From sequence record DRR723986_11243: 55,062 bases of DNA; one strand, given 5' to 3'. Of the stretch, positions 36,258 to 45,287 are shown piece by piece (position 1 is the first letter of the stretch; every line of letters begins with the position of its first letter). The notes beneath the pieces are model-generated. The model worked only from the letters and a program-made list of their open reading frames with translations, was not told the origin of the DNA and searched no databases. Made by a program: the position numbers and the translations under genes.

Positions 36258-37963
36258 TTTAACTGGGCTAATTGTTCAACTACCATCCCTGAAATATCTT
36301 GAATGGTATTGCTAGAAAAATCAAATTTTACTCCGGCCGTTTGATAGATTGCTTTGATATCCTTTGTGTAACCTAGTGCTAGACCAGCTTTATATTTCTC
36401 AATTGCATCTTTTTCGTTTGCAATTGCATTTTTCCATACGCCTAAAGCACCTAATTGCGAGAATCCGTATTCAATATAATAAAACGGAACCTCAAACAGG
36501 TGTAATTGCTTGTGCCAAGAATAATCTCTGGCGTCTTCGTATCCTTCCCAATCCGTTAAACCAGTTCCAAATCTTTTGCCCAATTCAAGCCATTTGTTTT
36601 TGCGCTCATCTCTTGAATGTTTAGGATTTTCATAAATCCAGTGCTGAAAAGCATCAATTGTGGCGATCCAAGGAAGAACCATTAAGATAGATTCAAGGTG
36701 TTCGCGTTTTGCACGATTTAAATCATCTCCGGTTCCATAATATGTTTCCCAGTATTTCATACTGATTAACTCCATAGACATAGATGCCAACTCAGCAACT
36801 TCTGAAGGAAAACTTTTATAAGCCGTCAAATTCAAATCTTTAGTCAAAAATGAATGCACTGCGTGGCCTCCTTCATGTACCATTGTAATTACATCTCTTG
36901 CTGATCCCGCAGCATTCATAAAGATGAAAGGAATTCCGATTTCGTATAAGGGGTAGTTATAACCACCAGGTGCTTTTCCTTTCTTAGATTCTAAATCTAA
37001 ATGACCCATTTCTTTCATGGTTGAAAGACAATCTGAGAAATAAGGATCTAATTCACCAAAAACCTGGATTGTTTTGTCTAGTAGTTCTTCACCCGTTTCA
37101 AATGGTTTTAAAGGTTCTTTACCTTCGGGATCTGCAGATGAATCGTAGGGTTTGAATTTGTCAAAGCCAAACTTCTTTAATTTATCTTCTTGTATTTTTT
37201 TATAGATGGGAACAATGTGCTGTTCAATTGAAGAATGAAAGTCTAAGCAGTCTTGCACATCATAGTCGAATCGATTCATGGCCTTGAACTTATAATCTCT
37301 AAAATTCTCAAAACCTGCGTTCGTTGCAATTTGGTGTCTAAGTGAAACCAATTCATCAAAAATCTCTTCTAACTTATCATGATCTTGACGCTTGCGTTCA
37401 ACTAATAAATCATAAACTTCTTTTCTAATTGCTCTATCTGGATCTTTTAAATACTTAGCAGCTTGTTGAGAGGTGATTTCTTTACCATTGTAGGTAATTA
37501 ATTGTGCCCCTATTACTCCGCTATATTCTTGGCCTAATGTCTGTGACTTTGATTGTAACGGAATATTTTCTTCACAAAATAAATCGATTGCCGTTTGAAC
37601 TTTTTTCAAATAAATGAGGTCAGCCTCATCCGTAAGTTGATCTTTGAAAGGGCTTTCTATCAGTTTCTTATTTAACAAGTTAGAAGGTTCAGCCATTTTC
37701 GGATTAATTTCAGTCACAAAAGTGGTGTATCTCGCAGATGCTCCTTCATCACTAGTGTCTATGGTCATTTTGATATATCGCCAGGCCATGTCTTCTTCCA
37801 ATACTGCTTCTAACTCAGAATTTTTCGCTAGCCATTTTTTAAATTGCTCAAGAGAAGATATTTCTTCATCCAAAAGGATATCAAAATAGGGTTTAATGTC
37901 TTCCCACTTTTCAATTTTAAAGTCTTCTGCTACAAATATTCTTGGCTTGCGTTCTATTTTCAT
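36254..37963 (-). CDS. M3 family oligoendopeptidase (PepF-like)
   Basis: HEGGHAVH zinc motif, EVAELASMSME, HLFEVPFYYIEY. Confidence 0.94.
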   Translation of the reverse strand: MKIERKPRIFVAEDFKIEKWEDIKPYFDILLDEEISSLEQFKKWLAKNSELEAVLEEDMAWRYIKMTIDTSDEGASARYTTFVTEINPKMAEPSNLLNKKLIESPFKDQLTDEADLIYLKKVQTAIDLFCEENIPLQSKSQTLGQEYSGVIGAQLITYNGKEITSQQAAKYLKDPDRAIRKEVYDLLVERKRQDHDKLEEIFDELVSLRHQIATNAGFENFRDYKFKAMNRFDYDVQDCLDFHSSIEQHIVPIYKKIQEDKLKKFGFDKFKPYDSSADPEGKEPLKPFETGEELLDKTIQVFGELDPYFSDCLSTMKEMGHLDLESKKGKAPGGYNYPLYEIGIPFIFMNAAGSARDVITMVHEGGHAVHSFLTKDLNLTAYKSFPSEVAELASMSMELISMKYWETYYGTGDDLNRAKREHLESILMVLPWIATIDAFQHWIYENPKHSRDERKNKWLELGKRFGTGLTDWEGYEDARDYSWHKQLHLFEVPFYYIEYGFSQLGALGVWKNAIANEKDAIEKYKAGLALGYTKDIKAIYQTAGVKFDFSSNTIQDISGMVVEQLAQLK

Positions 37964-37989
37964 TTTGATTTAATTAGGGATTTAAAGAT

Positions 37990-38022
37990 AAAAAAAAACC
38001 ATCCCTGAGTTTCAGGAATGGC
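37990..38022 (-). terminator. Intrinsic terminator
   Basis: A9-ccatccctga-gtt-tcaggaatgg (hairpin plus U run on minus strand). Confidence 0.7.
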
Positions 38023-38050
38023 TGTTTAATCTTTAATTTATATTGAAATG

Positions 38051-38497
38051 CTATTCTTCTTCTTCAGAAGCTGCTTTCGTAGTTTTTTTCTTACTTGTTT
38101 TTTTCTCTTCTTTCGCTTTTACCACAAACCCTTTGTCTACAAGAATATTGTACCACTGATAAAGCTTTTTCAAGTCCTGATCATAAACACGGTCTTCATC
38201 ATAATCAGGTAGATATGTTTGAATGTGTTCTCTTAAAACTGAAGGATTCTCTTTATGACTGATAGATGCCTTATAGCCTTCTTTTTCAGCTAATTTCGTA
38301 TATACATCTAATAAAGGAACATCTTCTTCGTAGGTATAAATACAAATATCCTCTAAAGCTGAAATTTTGTCTGTTGCAAATGCTGGAAACTTTTTCCCAG
38401 AATCTAATGATTCAACTATGATGTTGTTACGGCCCTGAGCTGCAACTTTAAACAATCCCGGTTTCCCAGAGATGGCTATGATTCCTTTAATATCCAT
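38051..38497 (-). CDS. DUF5606 domain protein
   Basis: IIAISGKPGLFK, ISALEDI.IYT, PDYDEDRVY..D.KKL.QWYNIL; TATTTTTG promoter at 38512-38519 (minus strand). Confidence 0.88.
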   Translation of the reverse strand: MDIKGIIAISGKPGLFKVAAQGRNNIIVESLDSGKKFPAFATDKISALEDICIYTYEEDVPLLDVYTKLAEKEGYKASISHKENPSVLREHIQTYLPDYDEDRVYDQDLKKLYQWYNILVDKGFVVKAKEEKKTSKKKTTKAASEEEE

Positions 38498-38523
38498 TCA
38501 AAAAATTTGGTCAAAAATAATGA

Positions 38524-41085
38524 TTATTCCTTTACTAATTTAAACGACTTAAAATTATCAGAATAATAGAGTGTTAAAAAGTACATGCCGCTTTGGGCGC
38601 CTTCTAAATCAACCGTGATAAACAAGTCGGTTGAATTGTAATGTCTCTTTTCAAATACTACTTTTCCTGAAGCATCCGTTACTAAAACATCCACATCATA
38701 AAAATCACTTTTTATAATTCTAAAGTCATCTCTAAAAGGATTTGGAAAAATAACGAAGTCGTTTTGATCTAGCTCAACCAATTGAGAAAGGTCAACAAAG
38801 TGAGGGTCTGAAAGGTATGAACATCCTTCAGGACTAAATACCTCCACCGTAAAGGTTCCTGTCGTATCTGGATTATAAAATTGAGCATTGGCACTATCGA
38901 TAGGTGCACCGTTATAATACCATTGAATAGAGTCGGCAGGAGACACGATCAGTCCACCACCAATTTCACTAATAACTGGAAAAGTAGGAACGGTTCCTTT
39001 AACCACAATCATGGTGTCCGAGTAAGCCGTACATCCTTTACTATTGGTCACAACCACAGAAACTGTGTCGTCCCAATCAATGGTGATGGAATTGCTGGTT
39101 TCAGTTGTATGCCACACATAGGTATCATAATTATTTGCAACAGTGGCGAAATCAACAGGTGTGTCGCATATTAATGTGTCTCCCGTTAATATTACGTTTT
39201 CATTTGTTGAGTTTAAAAGACTGAAGGCGTTCAATCGACCATGGCCGTATGCATTATTAGGAGTAGCGCCAGTCTGTGCATCAGACCAAGTATTCGAATA
39301 AAGATCAGTTATAAAGTCTTGAAAAGTGGCGTTAGGACACTTTTCTAAGTACAAAGCTGCTATTCCCGCAATTACAGGTGAGGCCATAGAGGTTCCACCG
39401 TTTCTCACATGTTGACCGTCTATATCTAACATTCCGGGATTCGAACTTTGTAATGAGGCCGATAACCACAAAGGGCAAGCCGCTAAAATCAGATCTCCTG
39501 AAGCAGCAACATCTGGCTTTATAATTCCTTGTCTATTCGGTCCCTTAGAAGAGTTTATGCTTAATAGTCCTGGAGGGTAAGCTCCTACATACCAGTTCGA
39601 ATTATAATCTAAGTATTGTTTGCGGTTGGTGAAGTTGCCAACTGTTACAACGTTCGGGGAACAAGTCCAAGAACTTACAGTAGTTGAAAGCGTATCTGGT
39701 GAATGATAATAAGCAATTGGAGGAAAAGCTCCAACAGTTGGCAATCCCGTAGATTTTATATTTGAAATTCCAAGCCAAGCACCCGACCATAAATCATAAG
39801 AACCTGACCCAAATGTTTCGAATCGATAGAGATAGGCCGTAGAATCTATGTTTTCAAGAAGAGCTTCTATGTGATATACACCGTTCACTTCTTCACAGTA
39901 AAATGAAACAGGAGCTAGTTTATTAATCCCAACCATAATTGAATCTAATGTGGTAGTGTTCAGCAGTGACTGAATATTGTAGAACTGTGTTCTACTTCTA
40001 AATTCAAAAGAGGGACTCGTGTTATCTGCCGCAAAGGCAAAATTTACATTTTTAAAATTTGCCGTATCTGCCCATAAATCAAAATATACTGATGGGCTAC
40101 CAAAAGCTGAACTCATGTTGACTTCTAACCAGGTAAACGAAGTATCAGAGTTTACATTCCCTTTAACGTGATATTTACCTTGATTCCCAGAGTTTCCGGC
40201 AGCAGCTACTACAATTCTTCCTGGCTTATCCAGTAACAAACTATCTATGATTTGGCTTGCTGGGTCTAATCCATCATGGGAACCTAAATAAGTTCCTACA
40301 CTTGTATTTACTATTACCGCCTTATTCAAAGTGTCGGCCATTGAGAAAATGTAATCTACGCCATCAGCAATCGTCAATGTCCAATTGGGAAGATTAAAGT
40401 CAGTTTCAACAACTATGATATCTGATTCAGGTGCAGCTCCCTTATGTGTTCCAGTGGCCAATCCATTTCCAGAACCCGCTCCAGAAACTGTTGTTCCATG
40501 TGCGTTATTATCAAGTGAAGTACAGGTGCCAGCATTGATATGTGTACTGTCCCACACTTGCCCATAACCATATTTTCCAGGAGTCTGTGAATTTACGCCT
40601 AGCGTATGGTCCCAATAGTAAAGCACCCTCGTGCTTCCATCCGAATTTTTAAAATCGTCATGATTAAAGTCGATTCCCGTGTCGATATATCCAATAATTA
40701 CATCTTTACCTGTAAAAGGAGCTATTAAAGGTGACTCACCGTCATGAACTGAATCAATGTTTTGCCAAATACGCATGGTATCATTCAAGGCGTATCCTTT
40801 ATGTGGTTCAAAATAAATTTGATCCACAATTCCATTTGCTAATAATTGTGTGAGCTGGTTACTTGAACATCTAATAAAATGCCAACCATTATTACTGTAT
40901 TTATAATGGACGTCTTCTACACTTTGAATTGAACTCAAATCTCCTTTAACTCCAAAATTGACTATGTTTTGAGGATGTTTTTGGTGATACTTTTGAAATG
41001 AAATGCTTTGACCATACGATTTATCAGCTTGTGAATACACAAGGCTTAAGTTAAACGTTATTAGAATGGCAAGTAAGTGCCGCAT
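38524..41085 (-). CDS. S8 subtilisin-like serine protease with T9SS type A CTD
   Basis: IDTG, AHGT, AAAGN, GTSMASP catalytic motifs; IFPNP...GMYFL...KLVKE CTD; start refined to MRHLL (41115 is an alternative). Confidence 0.93.
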   Translation of the reverse strand: MRHLLAILITFNLSLVYSQADKSYGQSISFQKYHQKHPQNIVNFGVKGDLSSIQSVEDVHYKYSNNGWHFIRCSSNQLTQLLANGIVDQIYFEPHKGYALNDTMRIWQNIDSVHDGESPLIAPFTGKDVIIGYIDTGIDFNHDDFKNSDGSTRVLYYWDHTLGVNSQTPGKYGYGQVWDSTHINAGTCTSLDNNAHGTTVSGAGSGNGLATGTHKGAAPESDIIVVETDFNLPNWTLTIADGVDYIFSMADTLNKAVIVNTSVGTYLGSHDGLDPASQIIDSLLLDKPGRIVVAAAGNSGNQGKYHVKGNVNSDTSFTWLEVNMSSAFGSPSVYFDLWADTANFKNVNFAFAADNTSPSFEFRSRTQFYNIQSLLNTTTLDSIMVGINKLAPVSFYCEEVNGVYHIEALLENIDSTAYLYRFETFGSGSYDLWSGAWLGISNIKSTGLPTVGAFPPIAYYHSPDTLSTTVSSWTCSPNVVTVGNFTNRKQYLDYNSNWYVGAYPPGLLSINSSKGPNRQGIIKPDVAASGDLILAACPLWLSASLQSSNPGMLDIDGQHVRNGGTSMASPVIAGIAALYLEKCPNATFQDFITDLYSNTWSDAQTGATPNNAYGHGRLNAFSLLNSTNENVILTGDTLICDTPVDFATVANNYDTYVWHTTETSNSITIDWDDTVSVVVTNSKGCTAYSDTMIVVKGTVPTFPVISEIGGGLIVSPADSIQWYYNGAPIDSANAQFYNPDTTGTFTVEVFSPEGCSYLSDPHFVDLSQLVELDQNDFVIFPNPFRDDFRIIKSDFYDVDVLVTDASGKVVFEKRHYNSTDLFITVDLEGAQSGMYFLTLYYSDNFKSFKLVKE

Positions 41086-41104
41086 TTCAATGGATTTGAT
41101 AATA

Positions 41105-41130
41105 AGACGTATCATCCTCGTTAAAGGTTA
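41105..41130 (-). promoter_or_regulatory. ECF-type promoter
   Basis: Minus strand TAAC-N17-CGTCT upstream of ATG 41085; a housekeeping TAATTTTG lies at 41133-41140. Confidence 0.45.
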
Positions 41131-41328
41131 GTCAAAATTACACAATAATATTAGATGGTTCTTTTATTGGCTTTGGAATTGGCCAAAAGTCTTTATGTTT
41201 TTTATACTAAAGATATTTTCAAACAGCTATTCTAACGATTATCCTCACATATTTACCATTTATGAAGAAGATTTTAGTTCGTTGATAATAAAACTCTACT
41301 TTTATAAAAAAAACTAAATAGACTACAA

Positions 41329-42903
41329 ATGGGAAGAATGACAAAATTATTACTTGTGGCTTTAACTCTTTCAGCATATACAGCTGGGGCGCAAGATTAT
41401 GATAAAAAGAAATTGAATTGGTACAACGGTACTAAATTCGGAATGAGCACGGATAAAGCTTATAAAAAGTTTTTAAGTGATAAAAAAGGAGAGACGGTTG
41501 TAGTTGCTGTAATTGATTCAGGCGTGGATATAGAACACGAAGATTTACAAGGGTCAATTTGGGTGAACGAAGATGAAATTCCAGGAAATGGAATTGATGA
41601 TGACAACAACGGATACATTGATGATGTGCACGGATGGAGCTTTTTAGGAAATCCTGATGGTGAAAATATTGAGCACGAACAATTAGAAATGACCAGAATG
41701 TACGCTCGATATGAGAAGCAGTTTGAAGGTAAAACTGAAGCTGATATTAAGGATGATGAGAAAGCGGACTGGGAAATGTACCAAGAAGTTAAAGGAAAAG
41801 TAGATGAGGGGCGTAAGGATGCTGAAAAAACCATGGGCTTTATCGGTGATATGTATGAAAAAGCAAAAGTTGCTGATGCAAACATCAAGAAAGCTTTAGG
41901 TAAAGATGATTATACCGCTAAAGACTTAAAGAAATTGGCTAAAAATGATGAAGTTTCGGGAGATGCAGCTTTAATGTCGCAACTAATGGCAAATGGATTG
42001 GATATGGCCAAATTAGAAAAATATTCTCACCATTTTCAAGGAAGTTTAGATTACCATTATAATTTAGAATATGACGCACGTAAAATCGTAGGTGATGATC
42101 CTTCAGATTTTAACGATAAAGTTTATGGTTCTAATGATGTTGAAGGTCCAGATGCAATGCACGGTACACACTGTTCTGGAATTATCTGTGCAACAAGAGG
42201 AAACGGAATTGGAAATGATGGGGTAGCAGATAACGTGAAAATCATGTCTTTAAGAGCTGTTCCGGATGGAGATGAAAGAGATAAGGATATTGCCCTTGCT
42301 ATTAGATATGCTGTAGATAACGGAGCTGTTATTTGTTCAATGAGTTTCGGAAAAGGATATTCGCCTTACCAAGAAGAAGTAATTGAAGCTATTAGATATG
42401 CTGAATCTAAAGGAGTACTTTTAGTACACGCGGCTGGTAACTCTGGAATGGATATCGGGGAAAACGCAAACTTCCCAGCACCGACTTATCCATCAATGAG
42501 TGAAGAATTTACAAACTGGATCGAAGTTGGAGCATCTACAAGATATAAGAAAAAGTTAGCAGCTTCATTTTCTAACTATTCAGAAAAGCACGTAGATATC
42601 TATGCGCCAGGTTTAGAAATCTATTCAACTGTTCCTCAGTCTGAATATCTAGAAACACAAGGAACTTCAATGGCTTGTCCAATGGTTTCAGGTGTTGCGG
42701 CGCTTTTAAAGTCTTACTATCCTTCATTAACTATGTTTGAAATCAGAGATATCATTTTAGCTTCTGGTCAAGACGTATCAGAAATGGAAACGCCACTTCC
42801 TGGAGATAAAAAAATGGTTCCGTTCAAAGCATTATGTGAAACTGGAAAAATTGCCAATGTTTACAATGCAGTTGAAATGGCTGAAGAAAAAACCGCTAAG
42901 TAA
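41329..42903 (+). CDS. S8 serine protease, signal peptide, no T9SS CTD
   Basis: VAVIDSG, NGIDDDNNGYIDDVHGW, HGTH, AAGN, GTSMACP. Confidence 0.93.
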   Translation: MGRMTKLLLVALTLSAYTAGAQDYDKKKLNWYNGTKFGMSTDKAYKKFLSDKKGETVVVAVIDSGVDIEHEDLQGSIWVNEDEIPGNGIDDDNNGYIDDVHGWSFLGNPDGENIEHEQLEMTRMYARYEKQFEGKTEADIKDDEKADWEMYQEVKGKVDEGRKDAEKTMGFIGDMYEKAKVADANIKKALGKDDYTAKDLKKLAKNDEVSGDAALMSQLMANGLDMAKLEKYSHHFQGSLDYHYNLEYDARKIVGDDPSDFNDKVYGSNDVEGPDAMHGTHCSGIICATRGNGIGNDGVADNVKIMSLRAVPDGDERDKDIALAIRYAVDNGAVICSMSFGKGYSPYQEEVIEAIRYAESKGVLLVHAAGNSGMDIGENANFPAPTYPSMSEEFTNWIEVGASTRYKKKLAASFSNYSEKHVDIYAPGLEIYSTVPQSEYLETQGTSMACPMVSGVAALLKSYYPSLTMFEIRDIILASGQDVSEMETPLPGDKKMVPFKALCETGKIANVYNAVEMAEEKTAK

Positions 42904-42925
42904 TATTTAGTTAAAACTTTCGTTT

Positions 42926-42962
42926 AAATGCCATCTCGTTCATGCGAGATGGCATTTTTTTT
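42926..42962 (+). terminator. Intrinsic terminator
   Basis: aaatgccatctcg-ttcatg-cgagatggcattt followed by a T run. Confidence 0.88.
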
Positions 42963-42976
42963 GTTACTAGATTTGT

Positions 42977-44071
42977 ATGATGAAATTGATTCAGCCCATT
43001 CTTGCTCTAATTGCGGTAACGCTCATTTCAACCAGCGCTTTTTCGCAGGGGATTGCAGCTTTTAGCGATCAGAATAATCGATTGTATAAATTCGACAAAG
43101 GAAATATCACTCAAATTTATTATCAACCGACTCGAGAATTACACGTTGGGAATCAATACGTCTGTTTTGTTGATTCTAAAGGCGATATTTATGTTGACTT
43201 TTACGGGAATCAAGAAAAGGTGGCCCAAACACACACAAAAATTATTGATACCGACAATATTCTTATGGTTCAAACAGCAACTGTATTAAGAATATTTGAT
43301 CAAGGCGTTAAGCACGTGCTCACCTCTGGAGCTCTTTCTTTTGGTGTTGGAGACAGTCTTGTGGTCTGGCAAGATAGAATTGGGGGGTATTTGAAGTACT
43401 ATTATCAAGATGAAGTAAAAGATATTGCAATGATCGTTGGAGATTATCAATTCAACCCAGATATGCTTGGAGAAAACGTATTTGTTTTTCCTGATAATGC
43501 GGGAAATGTTTCAGTGTTGTGGCATGGTAAATTTTATCCCTTGTTCTCTTCAAATCGTCCAACGATCTTCAAATGTGGTCAAGATGTTGTGGCCTTTAAC
43601 GATCCTCAGTCAGGAACGTTTGCTGCTTTTGATAATGGATACGTGGTGGACGTTGAAGATCAGCATGCTCTTACTTATGCCTGTGGTGATAATTATATTT
43701 ATTATATGGATGCCTCTGAAGCACACATGGTATTCAGAGAAGAAGAGAAAATGGAAATAGGATTCGACCTTCAAAACGTGGATGTCAGAGATTCTATGAT
43801 TGTGTTTAATGATGTGGGAATTACGAAAATTTGGTACCAAATGGAGGTATACCAAATATTTAATACAAAAGTAAAAGATTATCAGGTAACTGGAGGAATA
43901 ATGGCTTATACCAATCAATGGGGAGGAGTCAATGCATTTGTAAGAGGAAAAGAAATTGAAATTACACGTTCAAAAGTGATGTCTTACAAAGCTGAAGGCG
44001 GAACAATCACTATGCAAATGGGGCCATCTACATATTGGGTATGGTGGAATGGAAAAATCTACAGATTTTAG
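42977..44071 (+). CDS. Secreted hypothetical protein made of ~38-aa beta-rich repeats
   Basis: Signal peptide ending AFSQ; repeated G(D/N)xx(V/I)x(F/Y)xDxxG blades. Confidence 0.8.
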   Translation: MMKLIQPILALIAVTLISTSAFSQGIAAFSDQNNRLYKFDKGNITQIYYQPTRELHVGNQYVCFVDSKGDIYVDFYGNQEKVAQTHTKIIDTDNILMVQTATVLRIFDQGVKHVLTSGALSFGVGDSLVVWQDRIGGYLKYYYQDEVKDIAMIVGDYQFNPDMLGENVFVFPDNAGNVSVLWHGKFYPLFSSNRPTIFKCGQDVVAFNDPQSGTFAAFDNGYVVDVEDQHALTYACGDNYIYYMDASEAHMVFREEEKMEIGFDLQNVDVRDSMIVFNDVGITKIWYQMEVYQIFNTKVKDYQVTGGIMAYTNQWGGVNAFVRGKEIEITRSKVMSYKAEGGTITMQMGPSTYWVWWNGKIYRF

Positions 44072-44121
44072 GGTATATTTGTGTCCTGTTTTTTAAAACA
44101 GCTCTTAACAAATAAACACAC

Positions 44122-44646
44122 ATGAATAGTTGGTATACAGTTAAAGTAAAATTTACAAAAGAATTTACAGACGGAACGTTAAAAAGAGTAACAGAGCCTT
44201 ACTTGGTAAGCTCTATGTCTTTTACCGAAGCCGAAGCAAGAATTTATAAGGAAGTTGGAGAATACGTTAGAGGCGAATTCTTGGTAACATCAATCGCAAA
44301 AACTGATTTTGCAGACATCTTTGAATATGATGATTCTGAAAAATATTATAAAGCAAAAGTAAGTTACGTATCTGAAGATGCTGATTCAGGCAAAGAGAAA
44401 AAAATAAACAATAACTATTTAATCTCTGCCAAAGACTTGAAAGAAGCTTATGAAAGAATAGAGGAAAGCTTAAAGGGCCTCATGGTAACCTATGAAATTC
44501 CTGCTATTTCTTTAACGCAAATTGTTGAAATTTTCCCTTACGATCCAGATGCGTTAAAGGATTATGAGCCATCTACTGGTGAAGAAGAAGGTGAAATCGA
44601 ATCTCCGAATATCAATGTAGCTTATTCTGCTGGAGAAGAAGAATAA
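44122..44646 (+). CDS. DUF4494 domain protein
   Basis: W...KVK......G..K.VTEPYLV...SFTEAEARI, YYKAKV; TATATTTG promoter at 44074-44081. Confidence 0.9.
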   Translation: MNSWYTVKVKFTKEFTDGTLKRVTEPYLVSSMSFTEAEARIYKEVGEYVRGEFLVTSIAKTDFADIFEYDDSEKYYKAKVSYVSEDADSGKEKKINNNYLISAKDLKEAYERIEESLKGLMVTYEIPAISLTQIVEIFPYDPDALKDYEPSTGEEEGEIESPNINVAYSAGEEE

Positions 44647-44651
44647 GTTGA

Positions 44652-45287
44652 ATGGCTGCTGATTCTACAGATAATCGTTATGACTTTGAAAAAGGCAAAT
44701 TGGATGATTTTAAGCATTCAAACCCTTTGCTTTTGTTCAATGAATGGTATCAAGATGCACATGAAAAAAATTGTGCTGACCCGCATGCAGTAGTATTGAG
44801 CACAGTAAACGCAGATGGGCAACCGTCTTCTAGAATTGTTTACATGAGGCAGTTACTCGAAGAAGGACTCATTATTTATACGAATTACCTCAGTAGAAAA
44901 GGCAACGAAATTGATGGCAACAAGAAAGTTTCTGCTTTGTTTTATTGGGATTGCTGTGAAAGACAAGTCAGAATAGAAGGCACTGCTGTTAAAGTTGAAA
45001 GCCAAATATCTGATGAATATTTTGCAGCCCGTCCAAGACTCAGTCAAATTGGAGCTTGGGCTTCAGAACAAAGTTCAGAAATTGATAACAGAGCAACACT
45101 TGAAGAAAGAGTGGCCTTTTTTGAAAAGAAATTTCCAAATGAAGTGCCGCGTCCTCCGCATTGGGGAGGATATTTGATTCAACCTCACTATTTCGAATTT
45201 TGGCAGGGTAGAGTGGGACGATTGCATGATAGATTATGCTATCAAAAACAAGCTGATTCTTGGAAAACGTATAGAATTGCCCCTTGA
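44652..45287 (+). CDS. pdxH: Pyridoxamine 5'-phosphate oxidase
   Basis: PSSRIV, YTNYLSRKG, RQVRIEG, SQIGAWASEQS, PPHWGGY, EFWQGR.GRLHDR. Confidence 0.96.
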   Translation: MAADSTDNRYDFEKGKLDDFKHSNPLLLFNEWYQDAHEKNCADPHAVVLSTVNADGQPSSRIVYMRQLLEEGLIIYTNYLSRKGNEIDGNKKVSALFYWDCCERQVRIEGTAVKVESQISDEYFAARPRLSQIGAWASEQSSEIDNRATLEERVAFFEKKFPNEVPRPPHWGGYLIQPHYFEFWQGRVGRLHDRLCYQKQADSWKTYRIAP

